Origin: Fistulifera solaris
Taxonomy: Eukaryota
Direction: 5' to 3'
Length of the DNA: 64,000 nucleotides
Assembly (NCBI GenBank): GCA_030295235.1
Contig: AP026137.1
Coordinates: 310,001-374,000, forward strand
The notes under the pieces were generated by a model. It worked only from the letters and a program-made list of their open reading frames with translations, was not told the origin of the DNA and did no database searches. The translations under genes were made by a program, and so were the position numbers. Below are positions 52,792-64,000 of this stretch, one piece after another; the first letter of the stretch is position 1, and each line of letters starts with the position of its first letter.

Positions 52792-53328
52792 CGAATCTGA
52801 TTGAATTGATTCGAATCCGGAAATGAGCACACTACTTCCTGGAGGTGATTTCGCGATTTCAACAAGGGAATATTTGCGGCAACTGTATTGTTGTTTGTCG
52901 AATCAAATCCTAGACTGTTAGTTTCATTCTTCTCCAAGCAGTTTCAGTGCTATTCAATTGCAAAACAAAACGCGTGCAAGCGTTTTGTTTGTCGTCGCAA
53001 TAGTTGTCTCCCATCTTCGTCATCGGAGTTTCATCTGAAATTTTACTGTAGCTCAAAAGAAACTATAGAACAAAAAGTGAAGAATGTGTCCGAAAGGCAC
53101 TCTGCGGACATGGTCATAAGCATTCTAGGCTTCCTTTCGTACTTATTGTTTTATAGCAATAGACTCTGAGGAGTCATTCCTCCTTCCTCACAAAGCAATA
53201 TAATCTCATCGATTAAACTCAAGCCTAAAACCTTATAGACTAGCTAAAAAGTCAGTTTCACCCTCTCATGCAAGGAGTTTAGATATCTCCTTGTACTCCT
53301 TTGTTTCGTAGCATAATTATCAAATCGT

Positions 53329-55132
53329 TTAGTTCTCTGGCAGAGGCAACTTTTCGGCTCCTTCCTGCACAATCTTCTGGGCAATCCCCAAACCTTCGGT
53401 AAGCCACTTATCGCGGTTAGCAATGACATTCGCTGCAAATTGCTCTCCGTTCCTCTCTCCAAACACGCCTGTATCATCCAGTCGGTGCGCCAAGGGCAAA
53501 AGATAGGATTCCAAAAAGCCAATTTGGTTCTCAAACCAACGAGTTTCCGGGTCGGTACCTCGTTTCTTGACGTAAGCCGTACGGAGCTCCATGTACAAGC
53601 GATTCGAGAACTTGACCATGTGATCCCATCCCTGCAGATTATGAGCCACGTCAGCGGCTAACATGATCGTTTCCATGACAACGGTAGCCTTGAGATCGTC
53701 ACTTTCATCACTCTCCAAATCTACACCGTACGTCGTTGGATCCGACGCCGCGGAATGTGCCATGGATCCCGTACGCGTGTACGTTTCCAACGTCTCTCCA
53801 GACAAATCCACCGTGCGCAAAATACCGAGACGCTGTCGATATTTGGAAGAGGTCGAATTCCGACTGGCCATGGAAGACCGACGACGTTCAATCCGATGGG
53901 TAATCGAACGGCGTCGGTGGTCCGACAAATTAGAAGGTAATTCTAATTTGGTTTCTTCCGCATCACCATTTTCGGATCCTTCCGGGGTAATCGTGGGACT
54001 ATCTGGATCGTCATGTTGCTCAAAACTGACCTCGGACGTTCCGGTGTCACCCGTTCCTCGTCGATTGTGACGACGAAATGCGACATTTTGTCCCGTCAAA
54101 CTCATGCGACGAGCCTGTGCTTTCATCTTGCGTTCGATGGTTTCCAATACTGAAAGTTTAATGACAAAAACAACAAGGTAAGTATGACTTCTGCAATGAA
54201 ATTCGTAGATTAATAAAGCACACGCAAATAAAGATACGTACGGATCTCCAAACGCTTCCTTCCATTTGGACTTGACCAATTGCGACCGTTCTATAGTAAT
54301 TTCCAGAAACGAGAATGAATTGTTAGTTGAAAAGCCTTGTACAAAATCGTTCGTACTGCCAATCTATGTTTGTAGAAAACTTACCCGGCGACGCGATGTC
54401 GGTCGTCAAGACCAAATTGACGACAATTTTACGGAACCGAAAGTACTCGTCTTTTTCGGGAAAGATGACATTCCTCACCAGTTGAAATTCATCTTGCAAC
54501 AACTCCGAAAAGGCCACGTAGATACTCCAGTTTTCGGCAATCGACTGATCGTTGTACAATACCGCCAATCGATCATCTTCCTGCGCCAATTGCCGATTGG
54601 GAATGCCTTGATGTTCCACATCATGAATGAGAGCGGCATAGAGCAGCGCCAACAACGCGACCGGATCGTGTCGCAACCCAAACGTCACGGGTGACTTCTG
54701 GCCCGTTTGCTGACTGACCATCATGTCAATCATCTTGTTGACCGATAGCAGCACATGGAAGCCGTGTTCGCGATTGTGATACGGAACATCTTTGTATCCT
54801 GCCATCATGCGTTTCACCAATTCCCGCAATTGTTTATAAAATTGGGCCGTCAGTGCCTGGGGCCATTTGGTTTGTTTCATGAGCGTCGTACGACAAATGT
54901 TGCTGGTACTCAAATCCGGATACGTCCCCAACGGGGCCACGACCGCAACACAACGCACAAACAACAGTGCCGTCGCACGATCGACGAGCTGTTCCAAATC
55001 GTTGGTGGGTTCGGTATCCGGATTGCCCTGCTGCAAACCCAATTGATGCCATTCTTCAACGGTCAGTGCCAGCGCGAGTGTCGCGATGGGAGCGACCGGA
55101 GTGGGCGCTTCATCATCGTTGGGCTCCGTCAT
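53329..55132 (-). CDS. Class I cyclic nucleotide phosphodiesterase B (tandem paralog)
   Basis: YHNREHGFHV, IHDVEHQGIPN, TTDIASP, AADVAH, FENQIGF; intron 54291-54384 and a probable second intron near 54150-54240. Confidence 0.85.
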
Positions 55133-55677
55133 ATTCTTTCTTTCTTACTGGCGTGTTTGTTGTGAAAGAGGATGGTGTTCGAACAAGAAGGGAAGAAGTA
55201 AAGATCTTTTCCTTCCCATCCGACGTTATTGTTGCGTTTGTGAATGTTGTATCATCCGAAAAACATAAAAAGACCCTCGTTCTCTTTTTTTTATTGGGGG
55301 CAAAAATGTCCGGGAGGATCTCGTCCGGTGGAGTCACGCTTGTTGGTTCCCGGTCCCGGTGTGTACATTTTGTGGTATACACAGGAGGGAAGTAGGCTAG
55401 AAAGTACCGATAGTCGTCAGTCTGTTTCCGTCCGTGACATGGAATCCGCGCGAACACTCAAAAAATAATTGCCATGTGGAATTCCTACTCACAATAAGGC
55501 AAGTACCAGGTACGGTATACTCGGAACAAAAACACGACTGACACGATCGACGCTTTTTGACAGCAACAAAACGAAAGCAAAAAGATCTTTTGCTTTTGAG
55601 GAAAGAACCACTTATTCTAAAACAATCTCTTTTATTACTCAATCTCATTTCAACAGAACAACTACTAACAAGCATTC

Positions 55678-56886
55678 ATGGGTGAACCAGCTATACCCGT
55701 CGCTTATGGCGTTCCCATTGCTGCTACGGCATACGACAATGTCACGCCAACAGCGCCACTCGCCACCGATTTACGAACGGCCACTACCATGAACGGCGGA
55801 CGCAGTTCTCGTGTCTTATTACCCACTCGACCCATCGAACCTTTATCAGAGTCTGTCTTCCAAACACTGGCCGAACAAGGGTTCACGAGAGGTCTCGCGG
55901 AAGCTCTCCTTAAAAACAAAATCGCCTTTCCTCTCAAAATTTGGATCGTCGACAATTCCGGTTCCATGAATCATCACGACGGACATCGCTTCATCGAGAC
56001 AAAACGCCGCGAAGATATTCGTCTAGTCGAATGTTCACGATGGGCAGAAATGCAACAAACGGTCGATTATCACGCCCAAATGGCGGCGCTGTTGCAGAGT
56101 CCGACGGTCTTTCGTCTGTTGAATGATCCGGGTCGACTTTGTGGACCCCAACAATTCAGTATTGCCGAAAGCGACGATGTGAGTCATGATTTGGCCGTCG
56201 CGCAGTCCACTATTCTCAATACGAGTCCCAGTGGCGTGACACCCCTCACGGAACATTTGCAAGAAATTCGTCAAAACATCCAAGATTTGTTGCCGCAATT
56301 ACGTCAGGATGGAAGTAAAGTCGTGGTGGTGATTGCTACCGATGGAACTCCGACGGATTCGCAAGGCCGACAAAGTGCCACGACCGAACAAGAATTTGTG
56401 GCCGCCTTGAAAGGACTCGAAGGACTACCGGTATGGGTGGTAGTACGGCTCTGCACGGACGATGAGGCCGTCGTAAAATACTGGAACGACCTGGATGGGC
56501 AACTCGAACTGAGTTTAGAAGTATTGGATGACTTTGTGAGTGAAGCAGAGGAAGTACATGAACACAACAAGTGGTTAAATTATGGTCTCCCGTTGCATCG
56601 CATGAGAGAAATGGGATTTCATCATCGTTTGTTTGATCTACTCGACGAGCGTCCGTTATCGAAAGACGAACTAAGGGATTTCTGTCGAATACTGTTGGGG
56701 GACGGCAAGATGGATGGGGTACCGGATCCACAGGCGCACTGGGATGACTTTGTTGCGGCGATATCCGCGATTGTGCAGAAAGAGAGTAAACAATGGAATC
56801 CGGTCACCAAACGAGTGGAACCGTGGATCGATATCAAGCGATTGAAACGTGATTATGGTAAAGGTCTATTGCGGTATCTTTGGTAA
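55678..56886 (+). CDS. Uncharacterised VWA-domain protein (intact MIDAS)
   Basis: WIVDNSGSM, GVTPL, VVIATDGTPTD, VRLCTDD. Confidence 0.8.
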   Translation: MGEPAIPVAYGVPIAATAYDNVTPTAPLATDLRTATTMNGGRSSRVLLPTRPIEPLSESVFQTLAEQGFTRGLAEALLKNKIAFPLKIWIVDNSGSMNHHDGHRFIETKRREDIRLVECSRWAEMQQTVDYHAQMAALLQSPTVFRLLNDPGRLCGPQQFSIAESDDVSHDLAVAQSTILNTSPSGVTPLTEHLQEIRQNIQDLLPQLRQDGSKVVVVIATDGTPTDSQGRQSATTEQEFVAALKGLEGLPVWVVVRLCTDDEAVVKYWNDLDGQLELSLEVLDDFVSEAEEVHEHNKWLNYGLPLHRMREMGFHHRLFDLLDERPLSKDELRDFCRILLGDGKMDGVPDPQAHWDDFVAAISAIVQKESKQWNPVTKRVEPWIDIKRLKRDYGKGLLRYLW

Positions 56887-57050
56887 CCGCGGTCCCGTCC
56901 TATGGTTGTGCGCTAAATCGCGTTATATGTAGTTTACATTTTTTGACCAATCAACGATATTAAGTCTTGTCTATCGCTTTAAAAACAACATTTTAAGTGA
57001 AGAAAGTGAGTGCATATTATTGTTTTATGAATAATAGTACGGAAATAGAA

Positions 57051-58224
57051 TTATTTCGTGTTGGAGTTCTTGCGGAGTAAACCAAAGAATTGTTTGTTGC
57101 TGTAGGATTTTTGCAGCTTCTTGGTATCCACCCAAAACTCCATTTTCCCGGTCACAGGATTCCATATTTGTCCCTGTTCCTTGTTGAAGCGTGTCACATT
57201 CGAGAGAAACTGCTTCGAATTGACTTCATGATTGTTTTGAGCCAAGAATTCTTTGCCAAACAACATTCCCACTACTATCGACGCCTCTTCCTTGTCGAGG
57301 CTGCGCTGACCTAACATACTCAATAAATGATGCCCTATTCCCATTTCTCGACAGCGATGCAACGTGAGACCGTAGGTTAACCAAGGATTGTATCTGTGAA
57401 TCTTTTTGGCTTCCGAAAAATATTCACCGACAATTTCCAGAGGCTCTTTTAAATTTCGACTCAGTTCCGCATAATAATGATACACTTTCGAGTCATCGAC
57501 GCACAAACGCACAATGAGCCGAACGGGAAGTGATTGTAACAAGCGCAAATCGTCCGCCAGTGTCCCATCTTCGGGCAATCCGGCTACCGCCAACACCACA
57601 ATCGCCTGTTGTTTTTGCGCCCGTAATTCGGGTTCGATGGTGCGTATTCGTTCGTATATTTCGCGCAAATGTTCCGACAATTCGTTGGCACCCCGGGGCT
57701 CACAATCGCGCACAATGGAAAGAGCCACATCCACTTCGGATGGTTGACGATACCGTCCGACACAAAATTCCCCTGGCACACGCTTGCGGAGGATAATTGA
57801 TGAACCGGAAGATTGTGGGCGTCTCATTAAGGCCCGCCAATTGAATGTGAAAGTCCATGGTTTCTTGCAATTCGACCCATCGCGAGCAAGCGATCACTTG
57901 ATGCTGCAATTCACTGCCCAAGATGCGTTTTCCGTCCAGCACGCGCATGTGCCCGCCATTGTCAATGAGCCAGAACCGGATGGGATAATACGGATTGCTG
58001 TGTGGTATTACGGAAGCGACACCTTTCGAGAAGCCTTGATCGAGTAATGCTGCGATGATGGATTGTTCCTTCCAGGGTTCATGAGCGATGGCTAAACCGG
58101 AGGACGCGGAGGAGACTGTTTCGCCCAACGAAGCGTCGCGGCTCTGTTGATCATTATTCATTTGATCCGCAGACGACTGGCGTTGGTATTTATTCATGTT
58201 TGAGGTTAGTGTTGTCGCATTCAT
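57051..58224 (-). CDS. Paralogous VWA-like protein with degenerate MIDAS
   Basis: Collinear with its neighbour (QGF, CSRW.E.Q.T, RLC.DD, YGL.LHR.REMG, WNPVT); frameshift near 57785. Confidence 0.75.
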
Positions 58225-59097
58225 GTTGACATTTGCAGAATAGGAGACAGCAGATGGATGCAAATGAGAATGAATAATCAATCATCCTGTCGCAGGCGTG
58301 AGGTCTTCACAACGATAGGTTCACACACCGCAGCTCGCAGCTCGCAGCAAGCGATGAATGAATTCCTTGGCATTCACGCAAGAAACGAGCCAGAAACGAC
58401 CACTACAACCTACTAGACAGTGCAGATGGAAGCTGTAAGATGATTTATCCGTGGTTGGACTTCGCTGTTCGCATAACGCTCCAAATGGCCCAGCCGAACT
58501 ACCTACCTCTACTCTTTGTTGAACAGAAGATGTCCCAGTAATAAGTAGAATGTTGGATGAACAGTAAGCATCTACAGTAGGGTTTCCTAAGTGTGAATGA
58601 GGTAGGCATAAGACGCACGTTCTTCGGTTCTTCGTCCGCATTCGTCATTTCGCCTACATTCTGCGTCAGATTGATGGAGACACTGTTATGGTATCATTCG
58701 GAGTCGAAGAAAACAGAAAGAGAAAACGAGGCAAATTCAGTACAAGTTCTGGATATTGCTTTGCAACTTCAACAGTGCCGTCTGTCAAATAATAGGGAAC
58801 CGGAGTACGGATGCACTTGCATGCAGTATTCTTCATTATGGACTCATATCACTCATATTCAGTACAGTGGTAGATGACTTGCTTCGTAAAACCCGTATGC
58901 ATAATGCATCATCTAGATATCCATAAACCTTAATGCAGACACACCTGGGTACCTGTTGCCTGTTGCCGACCATCATCGCGACAATAGACAAAGGACGACT
59001 CGTAAAGAAGTATAAAGACTCATTTCTGCAACAAACAGAGTTCATTGAAAGAAAGACACCCAGCTCACGTCCAGGTAGCCACAAAAACAGCCACAAT

Positions 59098-60248
59098 ATG
59101 CCAGGCGATGCAGAGAAGCGATCGCTGGAAAGTGAAGCGAGCATTCCGATCAAGAAACGAACTCGACTGACTCACACCGGCGATACGCACGCTCATTTCG
59201 ATTGTTTCAGTGGAGCCGCCGGTGATATGATGCTGGCGGCATGTCTTGATGCCTCGGAAGATGCAGAACAGCTGGTGGAACGAGTCGTCCGTGCAATTAA
59301 GTCGGGCCTGCCCGAGTTGGCGGAAGAATTTCACCTTTCGTACGAGAAAGCATGGAGAGGAGCCGGAAGTATTTATGCCATGACCGTCAAAATTGAGAGT
59401 ATTTATAAGCATCGAGCTGTACCGGTTCCGGCTAAATCGTTTGCGGATGGTCGAGAAGCATGCAAATCCGACGCAGTTGTGGCAAATGGTGACGAAATGA
59501 CACATAATCATTCGCATTCTCATGGTCACTCGCACATACATGGTCAGGATCACAGTCAAGATCACTCACACGAACACAGTCATGCGCACTCTCACGGTCA
59601 TTCTCATGCCAATGATACATTAACATCAGAGGCGCTCGGTAAAGGCGGTTTTCACTCGGAACATGACCATCATCGATCGTTACAAAAGAATGGACCCCTG
59701 CGAAACCTACCGGAGATCAGGAGAATGCTCGAAAATGCACCCGAAGAGCATATTCCCTTGTGGGTCAAAACTACCGCCATCGAAGCCTTTGTGGAATTGG
59801 CCAAAGCCGAAGCCTCGGTGCATGGAGCGAGTGGTATTGATGCGGTACACTTTCACGAAGTTGGTGCCGTTGATTCCATTGTCGATACTGTGGGTACTCT
59901 TCTTGCTTTGCATTTTCTCGGTGCCAAAACGTTTTCGGTGAGTCCTTTGCCCATGGGAGAAGGTACTGTGCGGACCGCCCATGGGATCCTCCCCGTACCA
60001 GCTCCCGCGACATTGCATCTGATGGTGGGCATGCGCACGGCACCCGGGCCGCCGGGTGTCACAGGTGAACTTGTCACGCCCACCGCAGCGGCGGTTTTGC
60101 GAGTGTTAATCAACAACACGACGGGGTTGCCACGGACCGGCCGCCACGATTTACGTTACGGCGAATTGGACTTGGTGCTGGGACGAAAGATTTTCAAGGA
60201 CATCCCAATATTATGCGTTTATTTCTTGGTGATGACGTTCTTTCCTAG
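59098..60248 (+). CDS. larC: LarC nickel insertase (LarC1 part) of nickel-pincer nucleotide biosynthesis, His-rich
   Basis: HFDCFSGAAGDMML, AEASVHG, VHFHEVGAVDSIVD, TAHGILPVPAPAT, GELVTPT; a frameshift in GGGG near 60125 restores IGLGAGTKDF..HPNIMRLFLG. Confidence 0.9.
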
Positions 60249-60313
60249 AACCCCTGGGCAGGGATCAGCTACCTAATGTCGTTGATTTTTATTAATTTAC
60301 TCTGCTAAAAAAT

Positions 60314-60386
60314 GCCACGTGTTTTTCATTCCCGGTATTAAAATGGTACGTAGAAATCCTACCACAAAAATTGCCACGTGGCAATT
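60314..60386. promoter_or_regulatory. Two G-boxes (GCCACGTG), the second inside an 18-bp perfect palindrome, upstream of HSP20
   Basis: GCCACGTG at 60314-60321; AATTGCCACGTGGCAATT at 60369-60386. Confidence 0.5.
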
Positions 60387-60495
60387 GAGTCGTGAACTCA
60401 CTTTTGCATCCACGTTTCGATTGTTGGCCGCGTTTTTTGTTCCATTTTCTTCTCACAAAATCGATCTCCCACCGTTTCAAATCCTTCAAACAAAC

Positions 60496-61134
60496 ATGTT
60501 GTCCAACAAAACCAAAACTTCAGCTCTCATCGTGTTTTTGGCCTTGCTAGGCTCAGTCGAAGGCCGTGGCCATGGTCGCCACAGTGCGTTACTGGCTCCC
60601 CGTCGTTACCAGTACAGTCGTTCACTTGATCCAATTGACATGATTGGCGAGATCTTTACTGCGCCCATTTACATGAACAGTATGCTGGGTCGTAATGAGC
60701 CGAATCTGCTGAAAATGTCTACTACGAACAGTCCTTCCTATGATGTCTCGGTAGACACCGAAAACGGACTCGTGGAGTTGACGGTGGAGTTACCGGGTGT
60801 GCGATCGGAAGATCTGGACATTGAACTGGTGGATGCAAGCCTGCTTCGCATCAGAGCTTCTCGAAAAGTGAAACATAACGGTTCTTTCGTCCAACAGGAG
60901 TTTGATCAGAGCTTCCAGCTCGACAGAGATGTTGATCCGGACCACATCAAGGCGTCCCTTACCAATGGTGTCTTGACAGTTCAAGCCAAACGAAAAGAGA
61001 AATCGGTCAAGAAAATTTCCATTCTTTTAGACGAAGCTTCAGTACACAACGCAGTGGCGGAGTCGAACGAAATTGCGGAGGAGACATTGAGCGAGCAAGA
61101 TCCCGACGATGTTACCGTTGTTGATAGCGATTAG
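60496..61134 (+). CDS. Small heat-shock protein (HSP20/alpha-crystallin) with signal peptide
   Basis: VELPGV..EDLDIE, FQL..DVD...IKASLTNGVLTV; hydrophobic N-terminus. Confidence 0.85.
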   Translation: MLSNKTKTSALIVFLALLGSVEGRGHGRHSALLAPRRYQYSRSLDPIDMIGEIFTAPIYMNSMLGRNEPNLLKMSTTNSPSYDVSVDTENGLVELTVELPGVRSEDLDIELVDASLLRIRASRKVKHNGSFVQQEFDQSFQLDRDVDPDHIKASLTNGVLTVQAKRKEKSVKKISILLDEASVHNAVAESNEIAEETLSEQDPDDVTVVDSD

Positions 61135-61213
61135 ATCTCAAATCAAAGTATTTAATTACTAGCAACTCTTATATAAATGATTAATAAAGAAATTGATAGA
61201 GACTTTAGCGATT

Positions 61214-63756
61214 CTAATTTTCTTCATCTCCAGTGTACAGAGGAGCTTGCTCTTCCCAATCACTATCGTCGTCCACACGGCCAACGCTCTGCTCGTCGTC
61301 ACTGGCAAACGCGGCTTCAAGCAAACGTTGTTTTCGTTGCGCTTGTTCAAGTTCCCTCTGCCGTTTTTCTTCCGCGCGCCGTCTTTGATTAGCAAGGTCC
61401 TTTTTATATCGTATTCCTCAATCTGTAAGGGTCGTTCCAACGGGAGAGTGCGCTCTTGCAATTCAAGCTTTGGTCGCTCACGCCCCAATGCCGAAAAACG
61501 AGAGCATTCTTTCCCATCCTCCTGTGTACTCAAACTATCAATATTCTCGCTATGCATGGGTTCTGAACGAGGCTTGAGAGGCAATGGAATTCGCTCAGAA
61601 ACGACAGACATGATCTGACCTCCGGTATTCTGTTCTGCTGTTTGCTGCAATGGATGGTCGGCCCTAGCAGCATTGAAAGTAGGTCCTTTCCATGTTCTTG
61701 CAGCATCGGAAAGTAACGGGAACGGAGCTCTAGTATTTTGGAGCTTTGAGCAATGTATGTACCTGCGAGGCTCTGGATCAAATGATTCAGTTCGAAGATT
61801 CCAAAATGCCGCATATTCATGAACCATTGCCCGTGTGGGGCGATCCATTTTGTTCAAAGGTAAAGAAGCCGAAGTGTCATCCGCCAGAAACGTCTTCCAT
61901 CTTTTCTCAAGTTTGACTAACACAGCCATCTTGTCGCGAGCTTGTAGAATTAAAGAATCAGGATAGACCGTTGTATTCAATTCATTACCATATTCGTCCA
62001 ATTGCAAACCTTCCGAAGGGCGAGCCCATCCAGAATTCAAGCTTCCGGAGAAGCCACGAACCGTGCTGGGAACTACCCCCAACGCCTCGGCAAACGCACG
62101 GTTGCGATTCATTTGCTCGATACTAGGACCCTCACTTACGGCCGAAATCTCTTTGGGAATGTCTTTCGCGATTCCCACGCCCATTGCCGAAGGGTTGGAC
62201 CCGAACGTTAAATTCGACATCATCGCACGACGGATGGCTTCCTCTCGCGCTTCAAATTGACGTTGCAATTCCTCAGGATCCGTTTTCTTTACAGCGCTAC
62301 CGATGTTGGCAAGTGTCTTGGAGGGTGCTTTTTTCTCCACTTGTCGCTGGGTACTGCGGGAAGCAGGTTCCGCAGGTTTCGGTAGCTGCTGGACCACTGT
62401 GGAAAGTGAAGGGAACTCCCAAGCGCGCGGCAAAGCACCGGACCCATGCTGTTGAGTAATATGTGACGAAGACCAGAGTGTATTACTGGACCCTACTTGT
62501 TGGCTTGCAGCGACGTCCGGGTTCGCTTCCGTTCGTAACCCTGGATTCAACTCATCATCGATCACCATGAATCCCGATCCGCCGTAGATGCCGTTCTCGT
62601 GATCATCTGTGGGAGACTGTCGTGGCCCTGTTGTATTGTTTCGATGCCGGCGGCGACTGTATTGTTCTGCAAAGGCCGCTTCGTGGGCTAAATATTGCTG
62701 CATCAAAGTGTTGCTATTGTTGGCAGCGCGATTGCTTTGAGTCACAGTCGAATTTCCAAACATGGCATTCAAAAGATTCCTTGCTTCTTGTTGCAAGATA
62801 GCGGCCCTACCGGTGGCTGTGTTCGCTGCGGCACCGGCTGTGGACAAAGTAATCCCTTTGGCATCGTACGCCTCCGTCACGTTCAAATCATGAAATCCAT
62901 GTCGTCGCAAGTATCGATCAAGATTATTGATCTCGTCTCTGGTCAAGTCTCGTCGATTGAGTGGATCGATGAATTGCAACTGCGATACCATATAATAAGC
63001 AAGCGCACGTCCATCATATAGATTCATATGTCGGCCTCTTAAATCAAGAGTTTCGGTAGCGTCATCCTTCTTTTGATCAGTATCAACTATCCCATGCTGT
63101 TCACCCCACTGTTCCGCCAAAATGCGTCGCTGACGTTCTTCTTCGGTTTCGCGGGATGTATCGGGAACGACATCCGGAATGGGCCATTCTTCGACCGGAA
63201 GATAGGGTTCATTGGCGACCAAAGCAAACGGAGGGTATTTCAAATCGCGAATATGATCTAGCGTAATGGGATCAACGGCATCTTCGGGAACTTTTGCTTT
63301 CCAGGGGTACTGTTTGTCCGTTGCATTTCGTTTCCGATTCCGCTTTTTCTTGTTCGCGTCCCCTTTCTTTTGTGTCTGTTTCTGCGGCTCCGTTTCTTTC
63401 GGTTGCGGTACGGCGTCCTCCGTCACGCCATTTCCCTCCGGAGCTGTATCTGCTTTTCGATCCGTTTTACTATTCCCATTCCGTTTCGAGCGATTCCTAC
63501 TTCGCGTCTTGGATGGCTGACTAGCGTTCACGTTCGGCGGTGAGGAGTCGTTGTTCACAGGCGTCCCGTTGGAGCTTCCGGCCTGTTTGTTTTTGCCCCT
63601 TCGTCTCTTTTTCGGTGCACCCGATGGACGCGGATGGTTCCCAGTATTCGATGATTCACCATTGTTGTTTGTTGTTGAGGCAAGAGATTCCTGTGCACGA
63701 TCGCCTCCTTGTTGTTTGGGATTCGTCCGTATGACTTGACTCGGAGTGAGATCCAT
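61214..63756 (-). CDS. R3H-domain protein with a U-box/RING-like segment and basic N-terminus
   Basis: MDRPTRAMVHEYAAFWNLRTESFDPEPRRYI (NFX1-type R3H), DPITL...DPLNRRDLT; frameshift near 61403. Confidence 0.7.
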
Positions 63757-64000
63757 TTCTGCCTTCACTCGCGTTTTGTATTTCGTTTCCCTTGTCGTGT
63801 TTGTGTACGGCTATTTTTTAGGTTGTTCAATAAACTAGTGGTTGCAACGATGATTATTTACAATTACAAGGGAGTTATAGAGGCAGACCCCAGACGTGAG
63901 ATGACATCCGCAAAACAAAAAACCGTCGCTAGAGTGTCGTCGCGAATGATGGACGCGTCAAGCGATGATACGGGACTGCATGGTCTGATTCCCGGATCCC

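Noticed and set aside
58595..58670. Short inverted repeats GTAGGC/GCCTAC and GACGCA/TGCGTC upstream of larC as a metal-sensing RNA
   Set aside because: Only 6-bp stems, expected by chance, with no known riboswitch consensus
60120..60140. Programmed ribosomal frameshift in larC, as in Lactobacillus larC1/larC2
   Set aside because: The shift lies inside LarC1 at a GGGG run, no LarC2 follows, and it matches the window-wide homopolymer error pattern

Overview
Gene-dense eukaryotic nuclear DNA with short GT-AG introns, most likely from a pennate diatom (inferred from the VDR gene, several bipartite-looking N-terminal presequences, the PDE/VWA families and the compact layout; not confirmed). About 37 protein-coding genes are recognisable. 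They include GPDH, NDUFA1-like, GalE, UTP23, primase large subunit, RPL8, Trm112, Obg, RsmB, copine, RluA, UFD1, MVD, nitroreductase, an ABCB half-transporter, dynactin p150, NOL12, RlmN, VDR, a SelD-N-type flavoprotein, RNase Z, two PDEs, three VWA proteins, LarC, HSP20 and an R3H protein. A solitary 5S rRNA gene, invisible to the ORF track, lies on the minus strand at 48368-48485. Many genes carry +/-1 frameshifts, nearly all in homopolymer runs, which points to assembly error rather than pseudogenisation. The most interesting items are: (1) a five-member F-box family (four in tandem) sharing an unrecognised C-terminal domain with a His/Cys motif; (2) a His-rich, LarC1-only nickel-pincer insertase homolog in a eukaryote; (3) tandem PDEs with a large RRxS-rich insertion inside the catalytic domain; (4) an inverted VWA paralog pair, one with a degenerate MIDAS; (5) the dispersed 5S gene. 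All product calls come from motif recognition, not database searches.
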